A stretch of 62,452 bases of DNA, filler included, from Choristocarpus tenellus KU-1152 (GCA_964200185.2; 11 parts of 11 records of this genome joined end to end with filler, not necessarily neighbours in it), one strand, 5' to 3'. Counted from the first letter of the whole stretch, positions 39,367 to 53,542 are shown. Notes: a model not told the origin generated them from the sequence alone. Translations and numbers: made by a program.

Positions 39367-42300
39367 TCATCATCCCAAAGTGAGGTAGGTACACACCTTA
39401 AATCGTAGAGAGCCTATCTCTCAATGTTTGCATCAACTCTCCCGAGGCAGCATCATAACGGTCAGCCAATGAACCGATGCCCCAAAAGTACGAGACATCC
39501 TCCCCCACATGGGTTCCAGACTTTGGAACATTTGAATTGTAGTGCATGGTATGAATACAAAACTGGCCTGTGGTGAGATGCAAACTTGGTGCTGTGTGTA
39601 CCATTCCGTGTAGGGTGGTATTGTCCTGCCAAGTGCCTGTAACTAATGTATGCTATATTCTTCGAATTGCTTCTTCCAACTAATACCGCCCCCTTTCGCA
39701 CAGGTCGCCAATGACGATCAATTGGACTAATTCTTGGCTGCTGCATGAAAAAGGTCACAACACAAACGTTTGGCCTTCCTCCCAACAATCACGAGAAATA
39801 ATTGAATAGGCAGCAGCCATAAATCACTGCTTATCCCCCAAATACTTCCGACAGCTTTCCCAGTTTTTGGAATAGTTTATTACGAAGTCCCGCATTAAAG
39901 TAGGGACAGAATATATTACATATGGAGTAGTTTTGCATGCACACGCACAGGGAAGCCAATTGACTCATCTAAGCAGAAAACTATCGACTACTCTTATCAG
40001 TAGCGTGTTACGACTATACCGAGCAAAACGCGAATTATGTACGGTATAGTAAAGGCACATATTTTTTCATCATTTGAAGGGAGTCTGGAAGTACGTTCTC
40101 TTCTCTGTTCAGTGTAGTAGGAGTCAGAAATAATTGCCATCCCGGTAATAGTTGGGGACTGAAATAATATCTCAACAGTTTGTATGGCCAGGGGAGCACT
40201 TGCAAGCCCTATATTCGTGCTTCCTCTTCATCTTTCTGTGCAAATTATCTAGATACTTTTTACATGGTTCAATATGTATTCCGGATACTACCTTGATGGA
40301 GTATTACTATGTGTACATGGGATCTACGATATTGCATTTAGACTAGCTTCAATGCCCATTAGAGTGGGGACAATAACGTAACCACCACAAGACTCCACAA
40401 AGATTATTCATCATCAGTGGCCCTCTCTGTAGGAGGGGCCAACCTAGTTGGTGTTAACCGTACATATTATTTGCCTCATTGACAAGTCCATCAAAGCTCC
40501 GTCTGCTCGTAGAAAGAGATCCAGGAAACAGCAAAGATGTCCACACTATGAAAAGCCGTTTCAGTCAGAGAAATAACATTCAATGCCTTTATTGTGCCAA
40601 CACTGGAGACCTTTGGAAGGTATGACCTTGCGGTCTGAACTGCATTCATTTATTGGGGGAGATGTACTTTTCTGGACCTGATTACTGATCAGCTCTTCGG
40701 TTACAGCACATAGGATGCATGCATGCATGTGGGCATATTGCTTGGTTATTCAAAGTTCTTCACATCACACCAGTAATGCAACAATACGTTGAGCTCGTTT
40801 TCTACCACCAAGACCCAAGAAAGTTGCGTTTCTATCCAAGCTCCTAGCATTTTCCCAATCAAAGTCAAGGAGTCCCACAGGAAAATAAAAAAAAACGCTT
40901 GCACAATTTGCCTGGACGGTAGACTGGGATACAACAGAGTCAGTACCAAACAGTCTCCAATAACTTCCTTTTATAGTGTTAAGGACAAAAGCTACATCTT
41001 CCTGTGACTTTTTCCTATATTTGCTCAACCTACTGCTGCAGTTGAAAACTTTTCAAGCAGCATCTTCAGTCCCACTTTGGCATTTGCAGCCCTGCTAATG
41101 GTGTTGATCTTTTCTCATGGTTCATCTCAGAACTCTCAGTTCTACAACATTTTCAAACCAACACAATTTTACAATGGTGTGTATCCAATCACCACCTGGT
41201 TTATGTCTCAGAGCCTGTCACGAAGAGTCCCATGCTCAACACACAATGCCAGGTCCAGCTAGGGCCGAAAGTTGGAGACAGTGACAATGGAGTGGGAGAT
41301 TGGCAGAACATGGTTGAGGAAAGGTACTGATGGTTGACAGATAGTGACTATGTAGTAGGTGGCTTGCAGAACCTGGCTGAGGTGAGATACTGTTAGTTGA
41401 GAGTGAATACTCATGAGACATCCATGGCACACGATAGATCCTCCTTCTACCCACCCTACTTAAGGACTGCTCTGCAAACTGTAAGGACTGCTCTGCAAAC
41501 TATGTTGGGCAAGCAAGCGATTGCCTGTGTATGCGAGCATCCGTATATTTATCTCTGGCTTTCAATCCCCCACTGACTCTATTCTATTCCACCCATACTG
41601 CTCCAGACCCAAAGTATCTCAGGGGGGGGGAGNNNNNNNNNNNNNNNNNNNNNNNNNNNNNNNNNNNNNNNNNNNNTTAATTAATTAANNNNNNNNNNNN
41701 NNNNNNNNNNNNNNNNNNNNNNNNNNNNNNNNGTAATATGTATGGGGTTTTATTCTACATTCCATTACTTTGACATAACCATGGACTTATGTATGAGACA
41801 CAAATAATAATAAACAAGCAATGAGAAGAAACCCCTACAAAGGTCACTCTTCTAATTTCAACTATGTAATCACGTTCAGCAAAGGGGGTCGTGTGAGGCT
41901 TCACGCCTTATCTTCACTACTAACAAATAGCATTGCCTCCCAAGGTAATTTGCACACATCCTTGCCAACTACAGACTTGTTACGGTTGGCTCTGGAGCTT
42001 GGCTTGGTCAACCTCATGGGCAAGTGGCTGGAGCTAGACCAACATACTCCCTTTGAGCTTCATCACAACGACTTCTGTGAGGGTGTGCCATCCACCTCAC
42101 TTGAATGTTGCTAATCGCACACCATTGCCTGGCCTTGCATATACCGTAATTTATATAGTATTGTGAGTTGCAATGGTTCAACCGAATCAATCTCGATTCA
42201 TCTTGAGAACCAAATAGCTGGACTGGAAAAGTTCAGTTATTCGTATTTTATGTAATCAAATCGCAATATAGAGGTGTGACTAATGAACGTGCCAGAAATC

Positions 42301-42719
42301 ACAGAAACACATGATCTTCGTCACAAGATGTCACTACCCACAACAAACTCACTGCACATTTTACTGTGCATGGCTTCGGATCTACCTGGGTAAACCCGAG
42401 GAGACTTCGGGGAATTTTTTACTTTTGTGGTGCTACACGCCAGTCAGTGACCTGAACAGACTTTGTACTTGTCGGATCGTGCGCCTATTGTTCAATTTGA
42501 TTGATATCCAATTTTCTCTAGGCAGTCAAATCACAATGGTACACCCTTTCGGTTCACAACACTACCAACACACCAACAGCGATTGTACATCTACCTCTAT
42601 GGCAATAACCACGGTGGTAGTACAATCAGCCCTGAGGAAAGAGATTTGATGAGAAAACGCAACGTTCAGCAGGCAGTGGTGAGAGTGGATGTGACCCGAT
42701 CTGCTTGGGTTGACTCAGT

Positions 42720-43330
42720 CCCTGCTTTAGTATTATAGAAGTTGGCAATCGCAGCTTCTTTGGCATGCCAGCGGATCACTACACTAACACCTGTGTTGGT
42801 TTGCTACCCTTATTCTCAATCCCTCAATCGGGCATGATATTACGCATGTCAAGGTCGTCTTGCGGGCACATCCACACCAGTTCTTCTCCTGTCCACCCTC
42901 TGGTAACCACTTTCCATTTGTAAGTTCCCCAAACGGCAGTCGCTCATCCACTTGGAGAACAAGAGGCGCCGTTTTGGCACAGTCGGCCCAACACTGTCAC
43001 ATCCAGTCCTCACAAGGAAGGGCATCTCTGTAGGCCATTATCTTCCCTCTTATGAGATCTGATGTATGCAGGGTAGGGTGAATTTATGTTGATGAGGGCA
43101 ACACTGCACATAGTAGACTTGTTGGTGCCCACGTTACAAAACCATAAAAACAGGACATCAAGCACTTCAGCATTGAGCATTCGAACCTCCATAGCGAACT
43201 AACATGATATGCCTATGTTTCTGTCACGAAGTAGTTGGCTGAACTTCTGGAAACAGTCCACGGGCCTTTGAACCCATCTGTCCATTGGTTGATCTCGGTT
43301 GTAAAATCAGGGTCATCCCTGATGGTGGCT
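42720..43330 (-). mobile_element. Non-LTR retrotransposon (RTE-like LINE) 3' ORF remnant
   Basis: Remnant peptides D..TEIN, VRMLNAEVLDVL, YRDAL..RTGC.SV..TV.KRRLLF, DERLP.FGEL..GK..GQEKNW..C..DDL across frameshifts. Confidence 0.65.
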
Positions 43331-43901
43331 CCAAGGTGAAAAAATTATCAGTCTGCTTGTGGGTCGGGGCAGGCCTGGATCTGTTTTATTTTTGTTTGGG
43401 GGGTATTGTTGGGAGGTCGAAGGTCGGTATAAACATTTATTGTTATGTGTGTATGTATGTCGGTATGTCCGTATGTAGGTATGTATAATATACCAAATGA
43501 AGTGTTTTGGGATACAGCGGTAACAATTGTGGTGAAGTGGTAATCATCTTGCCTTCCAAGCAGATAGATGCCAGGGGTTCGGATTCCCGTGATTGAAATA
43601 TTCCTTTTTCTTACAAGAGTTGTGAATCTGTCCCATTCTTCTTTCTGCCTCTCCTTAGCCACTGCTTTCACAAAGAGGGGAAAGCGAGAATATGATATCT
43701 ACTCTTTACTATTTGATTGGAATAGAGGTGGAGGGGATGTGCCTGCTACCGTGTATTATAAACTTCACTTTAGAGTGGTGACTTGCCCAAGCCACATCAG
43801 CGGCACTACGCTCTGCAATACTTCTCTTCATGCTGCTACCTAACTACAACAAATTGTACTGCCTTCATTCCTCTTGTCATTATCGCATTAGGTTGAGCCT
43901 G

Positions 43902-44010
43902 GGGTCAAAGTATCTGGGGGGGGGGTGCCTGCATCCGTTTTTCACACTTTTTTCGATTTTCACTTCTTGGTGTGATTTGGTCGCACGTGTCGGATTTGAA
44001 ATGTCAGCAA
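43902..44010 (+). mobile_element. Family C transposon/MITE end
   Basis: GGGTCAAAGTATCTGGGGGGGGGGTG terminus; matches 5704-5770 in reverse. Confidence 0.75.
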
Positions 44011-44464
44011 AAAAGAGAAGACTGTTGGTCAGGTTCCTTTCTGCCCTTGCGTACGCAAGAGGAATGGGACTATAGGCCACCATTTATTTGGGTTTGGTTA
44101 GGCGTTTCGACGTTTGCATGTGTCGGATTTCGAGTCTGTTCACAGACTGGACTATTGGTTTATGTAAGTGGTCGTGCAGTTACGATAAAGAATGAAGAGA
44201 TATGGGTAAGGTTGTACCAGGGCTGGATATTGGTTTGTTTGGTTGCATTCATGATGAGTGGAATTTGTTCGACATATAAAGAAAGCTGTCGGCTAGGGTG
44301 TGTTTTCCCACTGTTGGATGAGGAATTGAAACGAAGAATATGGGTTGCTGGGAGGTTGTTTCTTCGTTTATTTGCTTAGATGAATCGTGTCCGGTGTGTA
44401 CAGGAAGAGGACTGTCAGTTTGGGCCTGTTCTCCTGGTGTGTGCACGAGGAACAAAAGCATATA

Positions 44465-44784
44465 GAGTCAAAGTCTCTCAGAGGGTAGACTGCTGTCCAT
44501 TTGGGGGTCAAAATCCATGTTGTGACTTTGTTTTGATGTAATTTTACCTATCGTGTTGTTAGGAAGTGTCAATCATCCAATGTTGTGATTTTGATGTAAT
44601 TTTACCTATCGTGTTCGTTAGGAAGTGTCAACATCCTTATTCCAGACACACCTTTCCATAACGTATAAATTTCACCCTCTCCAAAACATTTTGGAGTAGG
44701 AAAATGTCTTAAAAAACCCATGAGGAGCCAAGCACCAAAGGGACAAACAGGGCAAACCTCGTACCCTCTAAGATACTTTCACTC
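44465..44784 (-). mobile_element. MITE family A copy with internal ~60-bp duplication
   Basis: Both TIRs; flanks TATA/GATA (imperfect 4-bp TSD). Confidence 0.9.
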
Positions 44785-45484
44785 GATATCATGTACAGTT
44801 TAAATGTAATACTTCGTTTATTTGCGTGCATGTGTTGGATTAAGTATGTAATAAGACGTGGTTGTCGCTGAGAGTGTTAGGGTTGAAATTGTTGGTATGA
44901 AGGAAGGGAAAAAGGTCAGGTTTTGTTTTCTGGTTAACGCATTGTATCTCTCATGTAAGGTGTGGACGGAATCTGGATGTGTATACCGGTGGATATTGGT
45001 CAAGGTCTATTTTCGTACGCGTTTCTCTGAAAGTAGTTCAAGGTGCACTTCCAGAGGTCCTGGGTTGGTGCCGTGCTTAGGAGCATTGTGCGTGGACTTC
45101 GGTATATCATCCTCCAAGATTCGAAGGAGGACGAGATCGGTTCTATTTTGTCGACACTTAGACAAAACATGAGATGGTGCATAGAGTATTGAGAAGAAGG
45201 GGGGAGGTGCGTTATAGTGTTCAAGGAGCAAATAGCGGCTTTGAGAAGGACAGGGTATCCATTGCAGGCCCTGTCGAATTGTTTGGAAATGTTATCTGCG
45301 AAGATTAGATGGAGAAGAGTTGTTTGATTGATGTATATTTTTTAGTTGTCTAAGCCTTGTAGCAGACACGTCATTTTAAAGTAATAATAACACAGGTCTA
45401 ACCCTCAATGTGGGCATGATATATGATACGCTGACGACTTTAACTGGTAGCAATGTATCCGATACCACAGTCGAAATGCGCAAC

Positions 45485-46900
45485 TCATCGAATGGGAAGT
45501 GCATGAACATGGTAGTCGAACACCAAGGCAAGGTACACTGATGAACAAATCAGTGTACCTGTAACTCTACCCGTACTTAAACAAAAAACTGAAACGTCTG
45601 AATCCCTATTCAATTGGTGGGCGGACTCGAAATTGCATTCGTCACCCTTCTCCCACCACTCCATGAGCTTAGGGTATGCCTCGATAAGAAGGTGCCATAG
45701 ATTTAGGCGTGTGGAGTATCTGGCGTTCCAAGGTTCAGGCCCCACAAGGCTCAAGAAGATAGCCTTCCTCGCCTGGAGTACTTCCACATGCTCGGGACGC
45801 AACATGTTGCCTGACTTCCCTCCACGATGGTCGAGTTGAACACCTGTGGGACCTGTGGGCTCGTGGACGTAGCATTCGTCCCCAAAAACAAGAGAATCCA
45901 CCCCTTTACCGGCCTTGATGATCCGGAACCCGTGGTCGTGTATGACCTGGTTGAGTATTTTAGTCTGCACTCGATACTGTGCAGAAGCAGGTTTCGTTGC
46001 CGATCGTAGGAGCTTGGTAACGCACGCCTCCATGAAGGCTTCGGTGATCCCCACGTCGGATGCATCGCCGGAGTCGGCCGCGTCCTGTGTGACGCAATAT
46101 TCATCACCATGAGATGACCTTTTGTCGTCATCGTCGTACCTCGATGTAGATGACATATTTATTGTGTATCTGCTCATTTTGGCGGAAGCGAAGATGTCCT
46201 CGAAGAAGGCAGGTTCCAAAGCGCTCACATCAGTATCATCAGGCTGTTTGAATGGTCTCATCCGTTCAGCACCTTCTCTCATCCTCTTCTTCCTAACTAG
46301 AATGCTTTTCACCTTCCTTTTTGCCCTTCTTGGAAGGCTTGTCCATCGGGATTGGGGTGGGATGGCCATGGGCGCGGTTCTCACTTCGCCTCACAGTACG
46401 GTCGTAGAAACTCCCTGGCATTTGGGACTCGTTGCGGCTGCTGCCCACTGAATGGGCGTTTGATGACATTCCGGGGTCACTCCCCCAAGGCGTGGACTCT
46501 GAGTCCACGCCTGAACGCCCACTAACGTCCTCCTGTACAAGTTCCTCTGGAGCCGAGAATGCGTTGGAAAAAAGTTGGTCCCCATTGTCTTCAGAATCTT
46601 CTATCACCCTCTTCTTCCTAAGTATCCTTTTCCCCTTTCCTTTGCCCTGCTGGGAAGACTTGTCTCTCGGGGTTACCACCGAATGGGCATTTGGGGACAA
46701 TCCGGGGCTACTCCCCCAAGGCGTGGACTCTGAGATCATGTCTGAGCGACCACCCACGTCCTCCTCTACAAGTTCCTGTGGACCTGACAAAGCGTTGGAA
46801 ACAGGTCAGTCCCCATCGCCTTCAGAGTCGTGTACCGAGGGTGTCATTGTATGCCTTCCCCTTGGTAGAGTCCTGCTTCCTGTACCTACTGCAGGGCTAG
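45485..46900 (-). pseudogene. Frameshifted intronless ORF of unknown, probably transposon-derived, protein with a 231-bp-period internal duplication
   Basis: Overlapping 165-aa and 299-aa frames; repeat ELV(E/Q)EDV.GRS...SESTPWGS.PG.S.NAHSV; basic NLS-like tracts; 5' side cut by a MITE. Confidence 0.5.
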
Positions 46901-46904
46901 GTAA

Positions 46905-47162
46905 GAGTGAAAGTATCTTAGAGGGTATGAGTTTTTCCCTGTTTGTCCATTTGGGGCTTGGCTTCCCATGGGTTTCTTATTACATTTTCCTACTCCAAAA
47001 TGTTTTGGATTAGGTAAAATGTATACGTTATGAAACGTTGTGTCCAGAAGAAGGATATTGACACTTCCTAACAAATACGAAAGCCAAAATTACATCAAAA
47101 TCACAAAGTTGAATATTGGCTCCCAAATGGACGCGACTCTACCCTCTAAGATACTTTGACTC
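46905..47162 (+). mobile_element. MITE family A copy with perfect GTAA TSD
   Basis: GTAA[GAGTGAAAGTATCTTAGAGGGTA...TACCCTCTAAGATACTTTGACTC]GTAA. Confidence 0.93.
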
Positions 47163-47550
47163 GTAATGGGGTTAAAGTATCTGGGGNNNNNNNNNNNNNN
47201 NNNNNNNNNNNNNNNNNNNNNNNNNNNNNNTTAATTAATTAANNNNNNNNNNNNNNNNNNNNNNNNNNNNNNNNNNNNNNNNNNNNGTTAACTGGTGATC
47301 CTGAACACCCCCACAACCGATTCGACCCTGCCTAACAATACTGGTACTCACGCCAGGTAAATAGTGGTGAAGAAGTGGAGTAGTAGCCCCAGGGCTCGCT
47401 CTGTAATGATTTGGTGCAGTACTTAAACAATATTTGAGTAGTCTTCACAATAATAATAACCCAATGTTACACTTGAAGACCACTATAATACACGAAACGC
47501 CAAAAAGTCAGCAAACGATCATCCATAATAGATAACAAGAAGGGCACTTG

Positions 47551-49684
47551 ATGAATTTGGCCCCACTCCATGCAGGTGCGGGTTCTCTCTGGGCGTCAGA
47601 ATCCGAGCGTTATTGGAAGGAGCATCGCAAGCGATATCCACCCCTCTCGAAAAACAGGGTAGCTCTTGCGGTATCAGTACTCGTTCTTGCAATCGCCGTT
47701 GCCTTCATATTTTGCCGTGATGAGAGAGGGAGGTGAGGGAAAACTAGACTTGGTTGCCAACTCCCCCATTCACTCTTGATTTCACTCTTTGACCGGAGTA
47801 GTGCTATTACAAACAATGATGATGATGTTCGCTGCGATCATGAACCTGGCCACACCTCAACCACGAACAGCTCGTCAATACCAGAGATTAGCAAATTCGA
47901 TATTGAGGCGAGAATTAAGGAGGAATGTGTCCGTGGAGGGACTGGCAAACAAGACTTTGAAACTTTCACTTGTGCCAAACTGTGCTCCAAGGCTAGAACT
48001 ATGACCCCTAGGTAAGATGATGGCACCCTCCAGTTGCGCATCCATGCGGAGTTTACGATCATTTCTCCTCCAGTCTCTCCCCACTAGAATGTGTCCTGTA
48101 CTCCAGTTGACGTTGAAATTCTCAGTGACATGCCTGTTATACACTTCATGATTGGTTACGCAACGATAGGCAATGGTTCCAAAAGGGAAAGAACGTACAA
48201 TAGTGGAAAAGAATAAGGGAGACATACTCGTCCTAGCACCTAGACCTCCAATGGCAACTACTCCTCCTTCGATAACTTACGCCTTTATCCAAAATACTAA
48301 TTCTTGTTGTCACGCACCCATTCAGTCACCCTCCAGTTCCCACCAGAATAAATGGCACGCTAGTCAGGGGTATGGAAGTCGTATGACTTAACGTTCCAGA
48401 GCTACAACAACTACAATGTTGTATTGAATGGCATTTCATGTGTGTTTTCCCTTCCCTTGGAGCAACCCAGCCCTTCCTAGCTGGGCCAGCAACGTGTTCG
48501 TGATTCGTAGTAGCGGTTGTAGAATGCTAGTTTAGATTCGACACAATGGCGTGACGCAAGCATGCCATGTCAACTAAGCTTAGATTTATTTTGTGCAATG
48601 TCGACAAAGCAATGTCTGGTGGTAGTTGACTGTGCTCGCACACACAGCTACAGGCACTGACACAGACACAGACAAATACCCTCCCACATACACACGCACA
48701 AATGTATCTACAGAGTTCTTTTGTGACCTCTCACACACATAAATATTTCAGAGCCAAACCAATGGAGAGGTAGACAAGTTTGGACCCTTTTGCAGTCTAA
48801 GAAGTCTTTCCTATCCTGTGCAACACACCCTACTCCATTGCTGCTTTATGTGCACAATAGTACGCAAAATTGATATTCCCCCTTGCGACAAACAAAGTGA
48901 TATCACGAATCAGCAAAGGGTCTTTCTGCAAACATTTAATTGAAGAATGGTGGTAACAATATTGGGTGCTGACGTCATGTTGTTGTCCCTTGATCTTCAA
49001 TCCCATACCATTATTACTTAGAGATCTGAAGCACACTTGGGTATTGCGGAAGCAATATACATTTATTTATACAAGTGGGATCAACAATACTACCCTTCTA
49101 ATTGTGCATTCATTTATTTGAAGAACCAGTCACATTTCAACATGCAACAGCTAATCATTTCAGCAGTAATACACTTGATGCTTCCATTTGGACATTGAGT
49201 TGATACAAAGTACTCCAGAGTAAATTGCAATTACAACATGGTGGTTCAGTTAAATATATTTTCTTCTGCCATCTTTGTTTCTACTATCCTTTGAAATATC
49301 ACTCCACACTTGGTTATCCCGTAGAAATAACTGTTGCTCATGCAAACCTCTTGATGTTATGGGGGTGATCGTGTATGGGGTGATTGTATCAGGCCTCTTG
49401 TCCATCGTTCCTGCCTTACTGGGTGCCAGGCTGGGATTGAAACAGCATGGAATGTGGGCTGCTCAGACACCCAGTCACCGGAAACCTGCAGCATTGTATC
49501 TGGAGAGATGTGCCCAGGTCAATGTAGCGGCTTCCAGAACCACTTCCCAAAGCCAACAATACTCTACCAGTGCCGACACTCATGTTTAGATGTTGTAGAG
49601 GGGGCTTGTGCTAAAGCAAGGGAAAAGTTGGATGAGACAAGGGAAACGATGCTACTAAGACCAAAAGATAAACTTGGGGTGTAA
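47551..49684 (+). CDS. Cys-rich type II membrane protein; join(47551..47732,47802..48011,49393..49684), 227 aa
   Basis: N-terminal TM segment (VALAVSVLVLAIAVAFIF); both introns GT-AG phase 2; splicing creates two homologous CxxxC-x6-P(R/K)P-x5-CxxxC modules. Confidence 0.78.
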
Positions 49685-50445
49685 AAATAGTTGGTGCACA
49701 TCAACATTCCAACCTATGACAGGAGAAGATAGATCATGTTAATGTGCTTGCAATGTATCTATCTAACCTCCAACTCTGAAAAGGGTTGTCTGGAATAGCA
49801 TCTCATTGTTAGCCCTAATTGTATATCATACATTTGCCCTACAGTAGCAAATCATCGAAGATGAAAAACCTAGTTTATTGCCAGGTATTGTTCATTATGA
49901 CGGCCTGCAGGCAGGAATTCATATGTGCTGCATGGAGATACTGACATAGATATACGGCAGTAGTATCCTAACCCCAGACCCTTCTGGATAGAGCTGTTTG
50001 TAAGCGTAAAGTTAGTTTTAGTATTTACCTCGCTTTAGCAAGAACATGGTTATTGCCTCTGTCTCCCAAACACTGCCAATACAAAATGAAACGAAAGCAC
50101 TTCCTAGACATTTTACTGTGGGGGTTGTGCTGAAAAATTGAGTTGCCTAAATTGCTCGTCAACTATATCTATGGGAGTACAGCTGAGAGTAATTCGTGTG
50201 GTAACATTGCAAGTGCCATGCTCCGTCACATTACTGGATTGACCATGTAGTAAATATCCATAAAGAGCAATGTATAGAAATACTTCTGGAGATTGTGAAG
50301 CAAGCAAGATGTTTTGAAGTTGTTAGTTATTACCGCCCCCTCCTTCAGAGTAATAGTTCAAATACAACTTACTCCTGTCTCTGGACAAGTGGGTACATTG
50401 GGAAAGCCCTTAGGGAGCATTTTATACGATTTGTGTGTTGCCCAA

Positions 50446-50599
50446 GACTCAAAGTATCTGGGAGGGGGTGGCGGCTGTCCATTTGGGGTCAATTTTTTCA
50501 TGTCGCGATTTTTGGATACTGTAAATGCACTGTTCCTGATTTTGGTCCAAATGGATACCCTGATGTAGACCCCCCTCCCCCTCCCAGATACTTTGGGTC
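50446..50599 (+). mobile_element. MITE family B copy with perfect CCAA TSD
   Basis: CCAA[GACTCAAAGTATCTGGGAGGGGG...CCCCCTCCCAGATACTTTGGGTC]CCAA. Confidence 0.92.
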
Positions 50600-51200
50600 C
50601 CAATTCAATGTTCGCAGGTAGGAACCTAACTCTAGAGTTTATAATGTGACTGAGGGAGGTTTTGGCGGGGGGTTGGTCGGGTCATCTTCATTTCCTGTTG
50701 GTGCAGTTGCTCTCCTAATATGTCGCAAGGGAACACGATGTAAGCTCTTGCAACCATCCATGTAATATCAGGTAGCTGTTCTTGTGTTCTCAGACGTCAT
50801 ATCTGAAACTTCGATCAACCCAGATGCAAGCGCTATTCAGTATCCTGGATCCTTTAACCTCCATGGAAATCTAAGGAGACATTTCCAAGTCCAACGAATT
50901 GTCAGATTGGAGTGACAGTTGGATTTATTCGGGCAGGAGAATCCATCAAAAGGAATTAATACATGTACAGGTAATCTCAGGGGGTAGAAAACGCCATGGA
51001 TGATGCCATCTGTCTTCCTTCAGAGGCATTATCATTCGGAGCGCCAGTCAATCTTCAGTGACTGATGGTGTAGGCATATTTATACTTCAGATTAAGTACA
51101 AGTATCAACAAACTGGTAGCATACAGTGTGCAATAAACATTTGAAAGTATTGCTATTTGATCAGTATTGAAGACAAGAAGATGTGGAGCCTCACACGACC

Positions 51201-51453
51201 GAGCCAAATTATCTTAGAGGGTAGGGTCGCGTCCGTTTGGGTCCATAATCCAATGTTGAGATTTTGATGTAATTTTGGCTATCGTGATTGTTAGGAAGTG
51301 TCATTATCCTTGTTCCAGATATACACCTTTTCATAACGTATACATTTTACCTTCTCCCAAACATTTTGGAGTAGGAAAATGTCGCAAAAAACCCATGGAA
51401 AGCCAAGCCCCAAACGGACAAACAGGGCAAACTTGTCTAAGATACTTTCACTC
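51201..51453 (-). mobile_element. MITE family A copy inside the copia 3' LTR, perfect GACC TSD
   Basis: GACC[GAGCC...CACTC]GACC. Confidence 0.92.
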
Positions 51454-52328
51454 GACCCCCTTTGCTGAACATGAAAAGAGTGGCCTTGTAGGATGTCTTC
51501 TTATCGCCTGTTTTATTATTTGTGCATCATACGTAAGTCAACAACTATCCCAGAATGGTTGAACCGCAATACCAAACCCCATATATAATCCAGATGCATT
51601 ATCTCATTTTTACATCACATGGACTCAATCTAATGCTATAACCTCATATACACAACAAAGGGTACACCTTACGATTGTCCTATTTTGCACACTCTCCCAT
51701 GAGAGTAGATATAAAAAGAACACAGATTGCTCCAACTCTCACACATTACATTAATCTTAGGAACACAGTTTCTACGAAGTCTTCTACTTACTGCTTTCGT
51801 AATCTTTTTGTAAAAATTTCAGCAAGTAGCAGTACAGTAGGTATATACTTCACTGTAACAATTCCTTTACTCAACGTACTCCCTTGTGCATTCATTTTAA
51901 CTTCATGCCCACTTGCCTCGTTCTTCCATTGAACCCCTCAGTTGTCCCTACTTGTTTTTATTGCGGTTCGGTTATCCCCATACCAAGTCGTAACTCCTTT
52001 GGGGTATGCCAAGCTCCCTCAGGATTCCTCGGAGAAATATTGCGTATCTCGCTCCTTGTGCCATCGCTGTCCATTCAGCAGTTTTTCGAACTCCATGCAA
52101 TTGGTGCTCCATTCATGAGTGCCAGATACTCTGTCATGCTCCACCTTGACACTGGGTCATTGCCCCAGTCTGAGTCTCCATACCCAACCAAAACCCCGTT
52201 GTCCAAGTTTCCACCAGCAGGATAGTGTATCCCCACATTGATGGTGCCTGCAATGTGTCGTGGTACATGTTGCAACCCTTTCCAGTATCTGCTGCACGGA
52301 GATGCAGCGCATCTTCCCACCTCCCGAA

Positions 52329-52589
52329 GAGTGAAAGTATCTTAGAGGGTACGAGTTTTGCCCTGTTTGTCAATTTGGGGCTTGGCTTCCCTCGGGTTTT
52401 TTTATGACTTTTCCTAGTCCAAAATATTTCCAAGTAGATAAAATGTATACGCTATGAAAAGGTGTGTCCGGAACAAGGATATTGACGCTTCCTAACAAAC
52501 ACGATAGCCAAAATTACATCAAAATCGCAACATTGGANNNNNNNNNNCCCCAAATGGTCTCGGGTCTACCCTCTAAGATACTTTGGCTC
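52329..52589 (+). mobile_element. MITE family A copy inside copia pol
   Basis: Splits RPDLSNSV|REVGRCAASP. Confidence 0.9.
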
Positions 52590-53129
52590 GCACGCTGTTG
52601 GACAGATCTGGTCGCATCATGCCACCTAGGAACATGAGTTTCCTTGAGATAGTGTGGTAAGGTCGATACCTCTGGTCCAGCTCTCAGTGTCAGTTCTCCT
52701 CAGGGTCAGGTCCATTCCCGGGTTCAAGGGTGATGAGGTATTCGGAACCTCTGTCAATCCCATTCCCTCACGAACAAATGCATAAAATCTCCTGTCCAGT
52801 GTGATACCAGCCTTGTCCCGATTGATTGCCACCCTGACTAACTTGTCTGGGGTCCTGAGGTCCCGACCCTCGTACTTGGTCAGCAGACTGGTCCTCATCC
52901 ACTCTATTTCCTCATAGAAGGTCTCCCGTCAACATCCACATAGTGGAAGAAGATAGCGCTCCGACCATCCTCGCCCCTCTCCATGTACAGGCAGGCATCG
53001 AAGTCGCTGGTACTCCACCCCTCATCTAATATTGACCCCTTGAGCTCCCTGTACCACTCCATAGCTGATTGCTTAAGGCCATAGATGGCCCTGACTGCTT
53101 TCACAATGGGCCCGTTGGGCAGTTGTAAT

Positions 53130-53542
53130 TGTGCAATATAGGCCGGTAGTCTATATGGTTTATACGTGTTTAGTGACAACTACTAGAGAACAGGAGTGTT
53201 GAATCAGTGTAATAAGTGCCATTGACTTGCTTTTATGTGCTTAGAGTAAAAGGTTCGAATCTCGGGTGGTTGATTTCTTATTACTTGATATAAGTGGATT
53301 GACGGAGGATTCCTTAGTAGTTCTAGTTAAACAGGACAATTGATATAGTACGACCAACGGCGGGACACATTTTGATATATATATATATATATATATATAT
53401 GTCTGCTGACGTGTGCAATAAGATAATAAGAGAGAGCACCCCCACCCACCGAGGGCTGTGCTCACTCCGCTAATAAATACATACATACAGCATACATACA
53501 GCATAATGAAAAGATTCTATTGGAATAGCTTTCTTTTGCAAA
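53130..53542 (+). mobile_element. Solo LTR (413 bp) inserted in copia RT
   Basis: 5-bp TSD GTAAT (53125-29 / 53543-47); termini TGTGCAA...TTGCAAA; removal restores PDDV*LQLPNGP. Confidence 0.85.

Noticed and set aside
40746-41110. Cys-rich transposase N-terminal remnant
   Set aside because: Fragmentary across frames, with no diagnostic motif.
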